DNA from: Dicyema japonicum
Taxonomy: Eukaryota > Animalia > Dicyemida
Direction: 5' to 3'
NCBI GenBank assembly: GCA_011109175.1
Contig: RDEW01000021.1
Span: 507,080-571,079 of the forward strand
Length of the DNA stretch: 64,000 nucleotides
The position numbers were made by a program, and so were the translations under genes. A model generated the notes under the pieces. That model was not told where the DNA came from. It was given only the letters and a program-made list of their open reading frames with translations, and did not search any database. Of this stretch, positions 24,812-38,449 are shown in pieces. Positions within the stretch are counted from its first letter, which is position 1. Each line of letters opens with the position of its first letter.

Positions 24812-25162
24812 AGCTGCGTGGCGCCATGTGGTGCTTCGCGGTTAATTGATTGAAGTTTCTGTTGTGTTTGTCTGTTCCTAATTCACTTAATTAGAGTGCG
24901 TCATGTGGTTTGCCTTGTCTGGTGGCTTCACATACAAGTCAAAAGTGTATCTAAAAAGAACCATTTGTCAACGATCATCCAGAGGAGTTCCCCTTGGACG
25001 GCTCTTCCTACACATCCGGGTACTTTTCCGGTGGAGACTTTACAGGGGCGCAGTCGGAACACTAAGAAAAGATGCGGAGACTGTTGAGAGAGGCTGGGAT
25101 CACCTGAAATTTTGTTTATTTTGGATATGACGGTGGTTTTGGTTCAATAAATTTAATTTAAA
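24812..25162 (+). mobile_element. SINE family A variant (core 24896-24963)
   Basis: Head gcgtggcgccatgtggtgct as at 49660-49685; body matches 47528-47836. Confidence 0.75.
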
Positions 25163-26104
25163 TTCTGGTCACCTGGCGCGCCTCCGCCCCTATCTATATA
25201 GGACTCAATGCCTACCTATACAAGACCGAGCAGGCGAAGTCATCACTTTGCCTTTCATGTTTACTTGATGACCACGGGACGAACCACCTTTTCTTGTGTC
25301 CTGGCCCTTCCTCTGTTTTTTTCCGCACTAGATAAACCTTTCGGATTTCTCTCTTCCTACTCTTGGAAGGATGCGTCCCACTCCTATCAGTGGAGCTGCA
25401 TAAACTCCATTAAGACATATTCGGGGTTATTTAAAAATAAAACCAAACTTTATTATTATCAAAGAACCCTGCACTAAGTCGCCATGGTAACTAAAGAATA
25501 ATCTCTATTTCAGGGACTGAAAGCTAAGAAGGAAGAAATTCGATAGCTTCTGGAGTAGAACATGAAGATCTGTTCTACCAGTTTTTATCTGTTCTACCAG
25601 TTTTTTCCATTTAACTTTGCTCCTCGCACGTCATCGCAGTTCATCGAGGAATCCATGCATAAAGTCTCCCGTTTAGTGTTCGAAGCGAGTCCTCTGACGA
25701 TGAGAGTTGCAATAGTGAACGGGGTAGAAATGACAGACTGAGAGTACGATAAAGACATAGACATTATCAGAGAAGTGTAAACCACTCAACCAACAGCGGA
25801 CTCAATAATAATCGTTCTCCTTTAAAGAGTAGTAATGTTTCCACCTAAACCTCCATTTAATTAAGAAAGAAAAACAGTTATGCTAATTTATTGTAGGAAA
25901 GAGTAAAGCGTTAGGAATTTTTCTTAACTAGTTACTTTTTTTTGGATGCATACAAGTTAAAACAGAGTGATGTGTAAGTGTGTAACACAAAACAAACCAG
26001 GAGATATGCTGCATTAGTAATAGCTGAGAATTGCTAAAATTCATTACTGTAGAGGGATTTTCTGAGAGAAAAAAATCCATATGGGAGGGTGAATAGAGAA
26101 GACA

Positions 26105-26440
26105 TTAGTTCTTTGTAATTAAATTATTCCAAAAACCAAGGGTCAAACTAAAAAACGAATTCCTTGATCCTGACTGGGTCCAGCAGAACCCTTTATCCAA
26201 GCACAGTGATCCAGAAGGCGATTCCAGAACTCGTCGCCAGGGACCAAATTTTCTCCTGGTGGAATGAATAGATAGACCTTTTGAATGCCTGCCAGGCATT
26301 GGTTTCGACTAACTACCTAGAGTGAGATCAAACATTTCATCTTTCTCCAGAGTTTAAGCTTTAGGAAGATTTGCGCGCGAGGAGGTGTCTATGCATGTCG
26401 ATTCCAACGCAAGACATTCCCTCTGTTCGAAAAGATTGTG
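26105..26440 (-). mobile_element. SINE family A copy (degenerate core 26275-26340)
   Basis: ccaatgcctggcaggcattcaaaagg; tail matches 57370-57420 and 2200-2250. Confidence 0.65.
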
Positions 26441-26706
26441 GTAATCTCATCTGGGCTCTAACCATCGCCTCTGTTCATACATATGACTCAATAGTTCTTA
26501 TAGATTATTTTTATTTCCCAAGATCACCCTGTTAAAAGAAAAGAAAGAGAGTTTTCTAAATGACCCCAGACCGACAGGGAGGAGGACATGGCAAACCGGC
26601 ATTATCTTTTTCATTGGGTATAACATCAATCAGTATTTTGACCAGATTTCAGTTATTTGTGATGAAATATCGACACAACTAATAAATCATAATTATTTAA
26701 GTCAAA

Positions 26707-28343
26707 TTATTTAAAATCATTATTTATTGAAGTATTCGTTCTTTTGAAGTTCAGAAAAGTCATGATGAGCTGACTAATAAGTGTGAGTAAATATATGATA
26801 AAGCATATTCTGTCGATCACTAATGAAAATTGCTTCCACTCGTATTTTCCTGTGTGAAAACTCTCCTTCTTTTTATTCCTTCGAACTATTTCATCGATGA
26901 GTCCAGAAATTTCATTAATTTCCTCACAAATCTCCCACGTGATATCACAAGAATCCTCACACAATCCGGTCTTAAAGGCCTGGTACTTTTTGACCAACTT
27001 TTCCTCCTCTTCCTCCTTCAAAGTAAAACGTATGACATACAATCAATAAAGTCGATTTGGTTTTAAAATTTATTGATTCATTTGGATATTTTTTGGCCTT
27101 TTTGACCGATGAGTAGTCGGGTATTACTTTGAAGTCAAGCTTCATTCGGAGAATTTTTTTCCCGATCCATTCGATAACAACCTAATCTTGTATGGAAGGA
27201 TTACCTTTTTCAAACAACGAGGGAACTTGGATTCCCTTTTGCTCATATAAATGTTCGAAATGATTGCGGCCAGAAAAGAAGAGGATGCTATGGTCGACAT
27301 GCTGATTACAAAATACTCAACTTAAATAATTATAGTTTTTGACCAATAACAGGCATTGTAGACGTTTTCGGAATGGATTCTTCTAGTATAAGCAAGAGGG
27401 CTGAAAATGCGACAAAAATGTTGACCCCTTGAAATAGAATGGAAACTTACCGAAAATAACTTTGGCTGAGGACCATGGGGGAGCCAAAATGTAATCATCG
27501 TCAGCATTGAAAGCAAAATACAAGGAAAAAGTAACTTATAATTGTAAAATTCAGATCTTCTTTGTAGTACCATGGTATAAGTCAAATCAACAAAAGTGGT
27601 GTTTCCACAGCATTTATAGCTCTTGTAAGTTTAGATACCCAAACCGAGTGAAATGTCTATACCCGACGTTGGATAAAATCTTCCACTGATTACTGTCGAT
27701 ATAATTGTCAAAGTTCAGATAATTTTTTCCATCTTTAAAGTGCAGTATTATGTGTCTTGAGTCGTACGTCCAAGACCCAAATTTCATGGTACAATTTTGA
27801 ATATCAAAGGGAAAGAACGTGACTTCCATTGGACAGTAGCTTCTGTACGTTGATGATGGAAACCATTTTACCGTTCCGTTATAACTAACAGTCATGAGAG
27901 CCTCCCTTCTCTCATCCAAACGATCGTCAGCACTAAATAATAAAAATATGATGACATGTTGTAAAGACGGAAATCAAGGGACCAAATGATGTCTGATGGA
28001 ATTCTCAAAGTGGTGATATTGTTGTATAATCCTGGGTCCCACTTGAGTGCATAATCGTTCCATGTCTAAATATTTACATGAATTGACCATTTCAGTCACC
28101 ATACTTGTGGTGAGGATTTGACTGTGTTCACCAAGATCAAGAATTTGAGTTAAAAATTGACTAATATTCACGTGCATGACTTGATCAGAATTTATCACTG
28201 GCCTTCCTAGAACTCCAATAATTTTGTAGTTTTCTATCAATTTGTTTATCAATATTTTTTCGGATGATAACCTTCGAGCTATTAAACATTCTTAAATGCC
28301 AACAAAAATAACCAAAGCAGAAAGCGACAAATATGTTGACCAT
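26707..28343 (-). CDS. Nicotinic acetylcholine receptor alpha-type subunit, putative anion-selective clade
   Basis: Cys-loop CPMEVTFFPFDIQNC, GSWTYD, YKCC, M1-M4 (VIDRICF). Introns 22-23 nt; two single-base deletions. Confidence 0.9.
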
Positions 28344-28429
28344 TAATTATTAATGTTAATGTACATTATATATATAATTGGATAATTAATACTAATTGCA
28401 CTTTAATTCTCCAATCCATTATTGAACCC

Positions 28430-28710
28430 CCCTTACAAAATCCACAGGTGAGGACTACCATTATGAATACTCTTCGCCTAAGAAAGAAGTGATGTCCGCG
28501 ACGGTAGGACGTGTGATGAAAATGGAATAGGGCGAACCTACTTCTCCAACTCTCTTTGGAAGCGGAAGCCTGTAATGAAATATTGGATGATTGATTTGGT
28601 CGGCACAAGAGACGTCATCCTTTGGGTTCCTTCCTTTGATTTATTAGTTGTGACTGTTTGTACTGGGCTTATCTAAGATTGTGAGTCTGGGGTTAATAAA
28701 TAATAATTAT
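28430..28710 (+). mobile_element. SINE-like element with family-A tail
   Basis: Ends 'ctggggttaataaataataa'. Confidence 0.45.
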
Positions 28711-29279
28711 TGAATTCATTCAGGTGACGCCAAATGGCTGACCGGAAATCTAAAAAGAATCCATACCTTCTTACTCCAATGGAGGAGTTTATCCGATCAG
28801 AGTTACTGAATAAAGTTATTTCGAGTATATTCTGTGTTATTAAAAAATTATTGAATTCACTCAATTTTTAGGGATTTGGCTTGAGAATTGTTTTCACATA
28901 GTGCGTTCGGATAGTGACCGATATTTCTGTGTAAATTTGTGATAAATATCGAATGGATTTTTGTCGTCTCTTTGATTCCATTACCTCTTCAATTTTCAGA
29001 GAAGACGAAGACATTAAAATATAAATTTCGCCCAATAGAGGCACTTCACACCTGGATAAATTTTCTCGAATGAGTTAAATGTTTTCGGTCGACTACGTCT
29101 TATAACTTTGAGTTTACACTAAAGCGTATTGTTGTGGATGATATAAGAAAACTCAACAAATGGTATGCACAGAAGTAATGGGTTTGGTACCTTTGGAAAA
29201 AAATTCAATTTGAATCATTTTCGTAGTATTGAGATAACATAATTAGCGATAAAAATGCTGTAAAAAAACAATAATAGGT

Positions 29280-30400
29280 CGCAGATGATTTCCTTGGGGA
29301 TACCGCCTCGTCTTAGTGATTAATTGGTCTGGAGGTTGAGTTAGTTGCACGGCTCTCTACTCGAACCTTCTTATTATAGCATTTTCATGGAAGTCATAAT
29401 ACTTATAACCCCGCAAGGGCAGCAATTTTAGCTGTGAACCTATTCCGATCCACGATTGTTAGCTAGCGATCCTAGTCTGAGTCATCTGCAGAGTTTAACT
29501 CTCTTATCGGTTTTTTCAGGTAGAGCTCCGGTTTTCCTCACTAATTCCTCAAATGGTGTAGGATTTAGAGGTGTCTGGGAAAACCTTTGCAAAGCCTTAC
29601 TGGCCATTTTTTCAAAAGGTATGATTTTTTCTATATTCCTGTTTTGATAGGTTTGGTTCCCCATGCAGCACATCCGTAAGTTAGAGACGGTTGAATATAC
29701 TGCACGTAGAGCGAGTCTAAATTTGAGTTGAAACACCCCTTATATTGTCCAAAGAGTGTTTTAACAAAATTTAGCTTTCGTTGTGCCGAGGAGATGACGT
29801 TGTCGATGTGTTTTGAAGGTCAAGAGTGGGTCGTATGTTACGCCAGTATCTTGACTGAGTTGGTCGTGGGGATTGAGTTTCCATTTATGGTTACACATGG
29901 AGCGGAGTTTGTCAATCTTCTGTTTGTTGTGAAAATTGTTTTATATGACTTTTCGAGACTTGCATGTAGAATGTTCTTAAAAAGCCGACAGTTCAGATCG
30001 TCCAATGAAGCTTGTAGCCGTATACAGCAGTATGAGCGCACTGGTCTTTTTTTGACTGCGACGATTATATCATCCGCATATGTCAGAACCAGAGCATCGT
30101 CACTGGTAAGGAGGCATATCATTTAGGAATAGGTTGAACAGGTGTGGTTAAAGTGGAGATCCTTGAGGGACCCCATTTGGAAAGAATTTTGTCACTGACC
30201 TAGTTTTTCCAGCAGTCACTCTTCTCTTTTTCCATTTAGGAAATTGGCAATCCAGATTTTCAGGTTGTTTGGGATTTTTGACGTAAAGATTTTCCTTAAC
30301 AGCTTTCTTGAAACAGTGTCGAATTTTTCTCAATTTTCGTGCATCGAAGGCTTCCATTGCTGATTGGTAGAAGCAATCAGATTCCGAGCCGCAGAGAGTG
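29280..30400 (-). mobile_element. LINE reverse transcriptase fragment
   Basis: PNGVPQGSPL, LTYADD, VKIL; related to 33288-34466. Confidence 0.8.
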
Positions 30401-31299
30401 ATGAAGCTAGAACCAATTTTCCAGATTGCCGCGTTGGAATGATTTAATTTTCAAATTCTAAAATTGATGTGACAAAAGATGTGCGGCAATAATTTATTCA
30501 GTAATTAGTGTTTTTTAAAACACATGAGTTAATAGACAAAACGTGGAGTGGATCATACATAGAATCATGCTTAACATATTAACTATCATCATATATCTCC
30601 ACCTTCAAAGAGATGAGCCCTCTACGTTTTTTCAAATTTTGGCTTACCGAAGTTATTTGGCCCAGCTTGGCTATCAAATAGAAATCACGAATTTACATTT
30701 TATTTAAAGTTTTTAACAGTTTTCTTGACTAAGAACGCTCTGGCATGCATATTCGATTGTGGTAAAGATTTAAGTCAAAATGATCAGTTAATTCACGGAA
30801 GAAACCCAGGGGAGAACGTCTGTTTATACCGGCCAAATCCACCCTGCAATAATTTCACTACAGGCTTCCGCTCCTAAGACAAGTGAAGAAGTATGTCCGC
30901 CCTCTTTCATCTTCATCGCACGCCCTACCGTCGCAGATATCACTTCATTCTTAGGCGGAAAAGTTTTCATAATGGCAGTCTTCAAAAGTGGGATTTGGTC
31001 AGAAGGTAAGAAGATCCTTTTTCAACAACTCTGTGGAAGCAGAAGGAACTTTTCGCCTTAACAGGTGGGATCTGTTTGACGAGAATGGACCTCCGCTGAA
31101 AAGTCCATCTTTCGGATTCGAACCCACAACTGTCAGATCCGATGTCATCAGACGAAGGTTTTAGTAACATTAAGATCAATTAATTAGTTGGCCTTAGCAC
31201 CTTTTTGGTTTAATTAATTGTGATGTCTCGATTATAGGATGCGACCGACATTCCACTCTTTAATAACGCTGTCTCTCACTAATTAATGAAAGCAAGGTT

Positions 31300-34200
31300 A
31301 TATAACTTTTTTTTAGTTTAACAACAGAATATTTATTTAATTAACAATAAAGGGAAGAGCGGCTACTGACATTACGGAGTAAACGTTTCCGCGGACAACT
31401 GTAATCCCAATTCGTTGCCTCAGCCAGACCGCTTTCCGCACGTTTTTCATACGATGGGCCAATTTCCCCCCGATTTCCTTCAGGAAAGAGGCTGTGATAG
31501 TTCCCGCAGCACCAGACGTTTCGATTACCACCGATACAAAACGAAAATGATCTCAAATTTTACCATATTTTTGATCTTGATTTTCTCAGTCAGATTGACT
31601 GCCGATCTGGCAGACTGCGCCGAACTGAGCATCATCGTGTTCGAAAAAGAATCCACAAAAGTGCAGTCCCATACTAACGATTTTCCTTCAGAGAACGGAA
31701 AGACTGTTAGCCCATCCGGTCTTTTCCCGTCTCCGTGGTCCAATCCCACGGGCTCCAGCACTGCCGGGAAGTCTGCAGCTTCAAGAGCACGCATGACAAT
31801 GTTGTTCATAGCAGCGTGGCGGAATGCTCTGCCCTCACTCCTTTTGCACGAAAGCGGATGCAGCCCTTTGGCATCGACGATCCCTCACAACGACATTGGT
31901 GTTCGACGCCAAACATCAACTCCCAGCGCTGTGCGATTCCAATCCGAATACATTCATCGTCCAAAAGGTCTCCAGGAAGGAACACGAAAGTGCATCCAGC
32001 CATGCTCCGCTCCCATGGTTGGCGGAAACACAAGGCATGCAAAACAATGCTGGTTAGCCTCAAACTTTAGCACGTCGAAGATATTCTTGGAGTAGATCTC
32101 ATCCCAGTCTCGTTGCCCTCGAAGGATCGTTCGGCGTTTCAAACCAGTTTCACACCATTCGCGACGAGCTTCGTCGAAAACTTGGAAAAACGTAGGATAT
32201 CATGGACCAAAGACTCCCACTTGAGAGCGATGACAGATTTGCTGGAAAGGCGATCTCCAGTGCCGACCTGAAACTCTTTGCTTCCGAGGCGTGTAGGAAG
32301 CTTATATTGATTCCAACTCGGCAAGTCAAAATGGATGTTTAGAAGCATTCGGATGATTTTCTCAAATGTCCTATCCAGTGACAGGAGGATGTCACGATGT
32401 TTGAAGCAGAGAAAACAACGGAATGCGTATATAGGAGTGGGTAGCCGATGCTATTCTTCAAAAGGAAGAACACTGTATGAGCATCGAGTAAAGAGAGTTT
32501 CTTCGTAACTCTAGAGAGTTCATCCTCCTTTGTTAGTAGATGGCTCCACAGTTCCTTTTCGTCAAGTGGACACCCAAGAAAGTTATGTCCGCTCCCAGGT
32601 ACGACAGTAATTTCCAGGTAGTACCGAGTTGAAAAACTCGACCACGCTAATAAAATCACTCTCCTCGAGTATGTGATATTTATTAGCTCGGATTCTTTAT
32701 ATTTATCTCAAGTTAGAGGTTTCGTAGTGCTGGTACGGCATGTGACAGAACGTCATGAACTTTTCTCCACGTTCCTCAATCGTGGCGTCATCAAGATACC
32801 AGAGGTTTAGTGTGTGTTGATAAAGAGGACAATTTCATTGATTGCCAGAGAGAATAAAAGTGGACCAAGTGGGTCCCCTTGTTGGACTCCAGTCTCCGAA
32901 CAGATAATCTTGTCCCCGAAAACGAGTGAAGAATTGGTTCCGTAAGCGAGGTAGACGAGTGGAATAAGTTCAGGAGCTCGTTTGCTTGTAGTTTCGAAAA
33001 TTTGATCCCTCCGCAGTGAATTGAAGGCATTGCAGATGTCCAGCTTTACCCCAATGTGTGGGTTTTGTTCTTATTTCTTTCCAAAAAAGCACTTTGTAGC
33101 ATGCACTGCCACCTCGCATCCGTTCCTTACACCAACCCCTAGTTGGAGGGGAAAAATTCTTCAGATATTCTCGGACAGACAATACTGCATGCAATTTTCG
33201 CTGTCAGCCTTCTGAAATAGTTGCCGACCGCGATGGGGTGGACTCCATTTTCAGGTTTTTTGAAGGGCAGTAGATGTGCAGTGAAAATTGCGGTAGGTCC
33301 ACCGCTACATACTTGGCAACCCTATCGCAGTTCATTGCCGACGGTTTTTAACACCCATCCTCCGCCTCACAAACGCACAATCTTGGTTTCTATTGACATC
33401 AACAAAGCCTTTGACACTGTTTCGAGGAAAATCCTGGTTGGAAAAATATTTTCTACTAATATTCGTCCGAATGTGAAATTATGGCTGGCCAACTTTTTGT
33501 CTGGAAGACGTGGAAGAGTAGTCAGTGGTGATCTCAGATCTAGATCACGATTACTACCGAACGGGGTACCCCAGGAGTCTCCACTTTCACCAATTCCATT
33601 CAACTATTCCTACACGACCTACCTAATGATGGAGACTAAGATTCCCTGCTATCATCCTACGCAGAGATGTAGTCATTGCAATACAGAACCGCTCGACGCA
33701 AGTCGCATCCCTTAAAACTCAAACAAAATTGAACACTTTCCACGATTGGATTGTTGGCAATCGACTAACGATTTCTGCAACCAAGTTTATCTGTTCCACT
33801 TCACTCGGACCGTCGTTCCAAGGATGAACCGAGTATCTTTATTGGTCCCACTCGGATTCTAGTGACAAGGTCCCCCACTGTCCTTGGAGTCAAATACGAC
33901 AGCCTTCTAAATTTTAACTCCCACGCAACAGACATGATTACCAGAGGCCTCCAGAAAGTTAACGTTTTACGCGCCCTTGTCGGAGGACCACGAGGAACAT
34001 GGACTTTTCCGTTTCTACCTCTACCAACAAACAATCGCGCCTGCCGTTGAGTATGCCTCCGTTGCATGGAGATTCGCGCTATCGGAGTCTATGGTCCAAA
34101 GAATCAACTCGATATACCGGAAAACAATCAGTATGCTTTGCCCACGTAATGGATCAACAGTCGACCCACTATCATGGAAGCTAAGATCCGTAGTCGTGGC

Positions 34201-35060
34201 TCCGGATTTTTCGCGTCTGTGAGGAAGATGGAAATCCGCTTCGCCTGATCCTTCTTATGGCAAGAGAAAACCGATTGGATAAGAAATTCCCCTCCCTGAA
34301 AGGATTCCTCTGAAGATCGAGAAAAGGCTCTTCCGGAAAGTAGTGGGGACGATGGAAGATCACAGACGTCGAATGGCACAATTGATTGCGAGGACTGGGA
34401 TCACCTAACTGTTTGACTCTTTTTTCTTTCTTTCTCGGTGTTCCCGGGGTTATTAAATAAATAAATAAAAGAAGCTCCCTTGCGTCAGGAGGAATATCTC
34501 CGTTCAAAATGCGCATAACCAGTTTTGCAATTGATTTGACAAGGTTGCAGCCAGCTTCTGCAGTAGCCCCAGCCGTAAGATCCTTGATGTGACCTGGCCG
34601 CAAACCATCGAGACCTCCACTGCTACTCGCCGCAAACAGCGAAATGCCGGACCATATTTCGCTTTTGGTAACGGTCGTACTTGGCACATTTCCCAGGAGC
34701 ACGAATGGGCGGTAATCTGCCGGGGGACATTGATGTTTTCGTCTGAGTAGTTCGAGCACTTCAGGCGTCGCGGCCATAAAGTATCGTCGCTGATAACGCC
34801 GCTCGGACGTCGCCTTCAAATAGCTTACGATTTACTCTCTCCGAGTTTGTCCGGACCACTTAAAAAACGGAGGAATGGCATCAGGGTGTTTTGGTTTCAG
34901 GACTTCTGTCTTGGTGAGAGAATGTATATGGAAAACCTGGATGTTCTTCTTCATTTTCTAGGAAAAGGGAGTTCCCAGTTCCGTTGATGTTCTTTTGACT
35001 CGATGAATAGAATTCCAAGTGCGAGCGGGGCGAAACTAATATGTGTTGCTACATGATGTG
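31300..35060 (-). mobile_element. CRE-clade (RLE) non-LTR retrotransposon, decayed and interrupted
   Basis: LRRKH..SSGGLDGLRPGHIKD, PIAVGNYFRRL, QQGDPLGP, WYLDD, EPVGL..DGKRPDG..GKSLVWD, WLRQRIGITVVRGN. Confidence 0.9.
33288..34466 (+). mobile_element. 5'-truncated LINE (RT) nested in the CRE element
   Basis: DINKAFDTV, WLANFLSGR, GVPQESPLSP, VLGV; tail ccggggttatt(aaat)n. The CRE frame (PDARELL|FTAHL) rejoins across it. Confidence 0.85.
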
Positions 35061-35829
35061 AACGTCGCTCCATGATGAGTTCCGTGGTAATGAGTAATTG
35101 AATATTCGAATGCAATCATGTTTTTTAATAACCCCCAATATATCTAGAAGAGGTTTATCCAGTTCTCACGGTCAAAGTAGGACTAATTCTTTCCAAGCAT
35201 CACGTCCATTCATATTCGCCATTGTGGGAACCTCTCCAGTAGATAATAGAAGAATCCTTTTTTCGCCGACCAAACACTGGGTGTCTCCTAATTTAGGTAA
35301 ATCCATAAGGTCGTTTAGGATTTCTTCCTCCTCTTACCTCATATCTTCATTCTTCCATGATTATGTTTCAGTTCAGCTCATTCTTATTATAATTCATAGC
35401 ACGTGATCAAAGAGATTCGATAAATTTACTAGACATGATTGATGTAATGTCAGTGATTCGTGCACATTGTAGAATTAGCATTAATTGAGACTGTATATCA
35501 TTTCCAAGTAAAAGAATATAAAATTTGATATTAAAATGTCTTTATTACCTTTAAATTGCATTTTCTTGAGTGCGGCTCAATTCACAGTGGCAGATCAATC
35601 CTGAATGCTTTGTGCAATTCATTTCTATGTATTTCGACGTTCATATTTACTTTCTAATCTCTCAGTAATTAGTTTAATTAGCACATAAAAATATTGATAT
35701 ATTTATATTTACCGGTATTTCTTTCGCTTTATCACAGTTTGCTAGCTTTCATTTTAAGTCTCGGTAAGAAAAACTCACAGACATGCTAATACATTAATCA
35801 AAAATCTCATTTTAATTAATTTTTTCACA

Positions 35830-37230
35830 TTTTAGGATTCTCTACAAAGCACTCAAGATTAGAGTTTTAAATTATCACCGAAATTGCGCTATATATAATT
35901 CACTGACGGTAATTCCACAGTCATTTCCATGTCAATTCTAATACTTTTGATCTTCGCTAATGTTTGTGATAAAATTAATTGCAGACCAAACAAGACCAGT
36001 TTCACTATATTTTCGAAATATGCGACTTCAAGTCTAAATTCGGAGATAACGGAGCTTTCGGTCTCTCAATATCTTTGATGCCGTTGGATGGAAAGGATTC
36101 GGGGAGATCACTTCCTTCTCTTATGATTTTAAAGCAAGGGGAGACAATTTCAAAATCCTTTCAAGTCACCGACTCTGTACTTCTGCTATTTTCATTTTAG
36201 TTATATATTCAGCAGCACGTGCGCATGCATTCTAAGACACGTGGGGATGATTGTATACATAGTTTTAAGTTTAGTGTTTAAATTGTCGTTTTCTCATTCC
36301 CTTCAATCAAGCAATTCGTGGAAAGTATTCGATAATGAATATTTTACATACAAATTCAGAATTATATGCCAACTAAAGTTCTCAGGAAAGCACTGCAATC
36401 AAGCAAACAACACCTCAGATTGTCCTCCCGGGTGGAAAGGACTCAGTGCCTTGAACGTATGCTTTTTTTATTTTTTATTTTATTATTATTAAGCTTTTAA
36501 TTTTATACATAAAATAAGTTTTAAGTACAGTAAATTAATGTTAATTAAATTTCTTTAGTTTTAACAAGTGACACGTGAAATTTGAGAGTTTATTTATTGA
36601 ATATTTTGATATTTATTAGTTTGTGATGAGAGATCACTTGTTAACCTTTATTATAATTTATTGTAGCTGTCTGCTGGGGAGGGTGCACTCGTGGAATATG
36701 TATTGCCCCTGGAAGGTGTCGTTGCCATTCAGGATACGAGGGATACACTTGTGAACGTTGTGTTACTCCAAGCGACTGTGTACATGGATATTGTGAGAAG
36801 CCGAATGAATGTAAATGCTTGCCGAATTGGAGAGGAATGTCCTGCAATCTCGGTATTTGAGTAAATTTTAAAATAGAAAACAACTTTTGTGAAAAATACA
36901 AACCTTGTAAGAACGGAGTCTGTGTTGAGGACAACCAAAAGAATTTTACTTGTCAATGCTATCAGGGATTTGTTGGGACATTGTGTCAGGAGTCTGTATG
37001 CGGTAGTGGCACGTGTCAAAACTACATAAAAACTAATTATCCAGCTTTTATAGCTATAATAGTCATGGTTGTTATCCTGGTGTTGCTGGTAGCGATCATT
37101 GTTGCCTTAAAGTGTGAGATCACTTCAAATTTGAGTTGTTTTAAGGAACAACCTCCTCCCACATATTCCATGACTCAGAGTATTGAAGTTGAAAATAAAA
37201 TATGTAATTTTGGATTATTCATATTTAGAC
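35830..37230 (+). CDS. Delta: Delta-like Notch ligand (MNNL-like region, reduced DSL, 3 EGF repeats, TM)
   Basis: CQLKFSGKHC..CPPGWKG; AVCWGGC..PGRCRCHSGYEG; CVHGYCEKPNECKC..WRG; PCKNG..FTCQC; hydrophobic TM. Start and end approximate. Confidence 0.75.
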
Positions 37231-38264
37231 ATTTAATTTTATTACATTTGGTTTTATTATTAATCAATTTTATTAATTTTTGTCAGGGACGAACTAACAA
37301 CTCTAAAAAAAACTTAATTTTAGTGTGGCGTTGTGGGATTTGGAAACGTCCAGGGGCACCTAATACCCAACGAAAAAGAACCTTTAGACCCCATCCTTTC
37401 GTGGACATTCTCGCCCCGGGCGATGCATTTCGCGGAAAAAAGACCTTTGGACCCCATCTTTTCGTGGACCTTTTCGGAGGAAATCCTCACCCCTTCGAAG
37501 AGAAAAGCACTTTACTGCTCTCCATCTAAACATAAATGGATTTAAATGGAAAATCAGGGAACTCCGCTCACTCCTGGCAAGTCAGAAGATCAACGTGGGT
37601 ATGATTCAAGGGATCAAACTCACTTTTAATGACCCTACCGTTATATTCCCCGGATACAAGGCTATCAGGATGGGCCGTAAAGAGAGAAGAGGTGAAGGTC
37701 TGCTCACTATTCAAAAAGTACTTAAAATGCGGAGACATCTCGGAAGTGAAGAAACTTGTTGGGGATGATGAGGTTGGCAAAAATTTAGTTTTAACAATTT
37801 TTGGTTTAGGTAAAATAAATTCTGTTTCAAAAATGATAACGACTAAAGAACTTTTTGCTAATGACATTAATGTCTAAGTCATAGAAACTACTGTCATGAG
37901 TCTCCATTCTCAAACGGCAAAAGTGATTATTAAGTATAAGTTGCTTCTCTCCAAGAATCTCAAACTAACATTCCGCTTGTTGAGGATAATGTGAGTACAG
38001 ATTTATTGTACTACAGCCAGACTTTATCTATTATGGCAATGGATTTGATATTCTCGAAGCCTGACAATGCATAAATAGGACAATACTTGCTTAATCAAAT
38101 AATAGACTACCAGAGAACAAACGATAATAATTAATGTGCACTTTACGAAGAGCCATACTATAGCTCCTCCCAGGCAGGACACACACTTTAAGTAAAGAAC
38201 ATTTATCATAACTAATCAATGAGGGAGACATAGGAATAATCTTTACTTCTTTTTGTTGTTGGGT

Positions 38265-38415
38265 ATGATTCCTTTTGTTAGACGATCAGGTTCCGCATTG
38301 AGACGTCACTCGTCAAACCAAAGCATCGTAGATGCGTTGAACCTTCAGCCGCAAGATTCGAACTAGGGTCCATCACGTCTTTCGCTGGGCAATCATTACA
38401 CTGCGTTACCCAATT
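38265..38415 (-). mobile_element. tRNA-derived SINE (family T)
   Basis: B-box GTTCGAATC followed by the family-T body. Confidence 0.7.
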
Positions 38416-38449
38416 AATGTGTATTCACATTTAATGGAGTCACGTAGAC

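Noticed and set aside
31415-32095. 226-aa plus-strand ORF as a novel gene
   Set aside because: It is the antisense shadow of the CRE element's RLE region.
37200-37529. Long cytoplasmic tail of Delta suggested by ORF 36981-37529
   Set aside because: The ORF reads through an intron-like segment into AT-rich and repeated DNA ('accttt.gaccccatc.tt.cgtggac' twice); not supported as coding.
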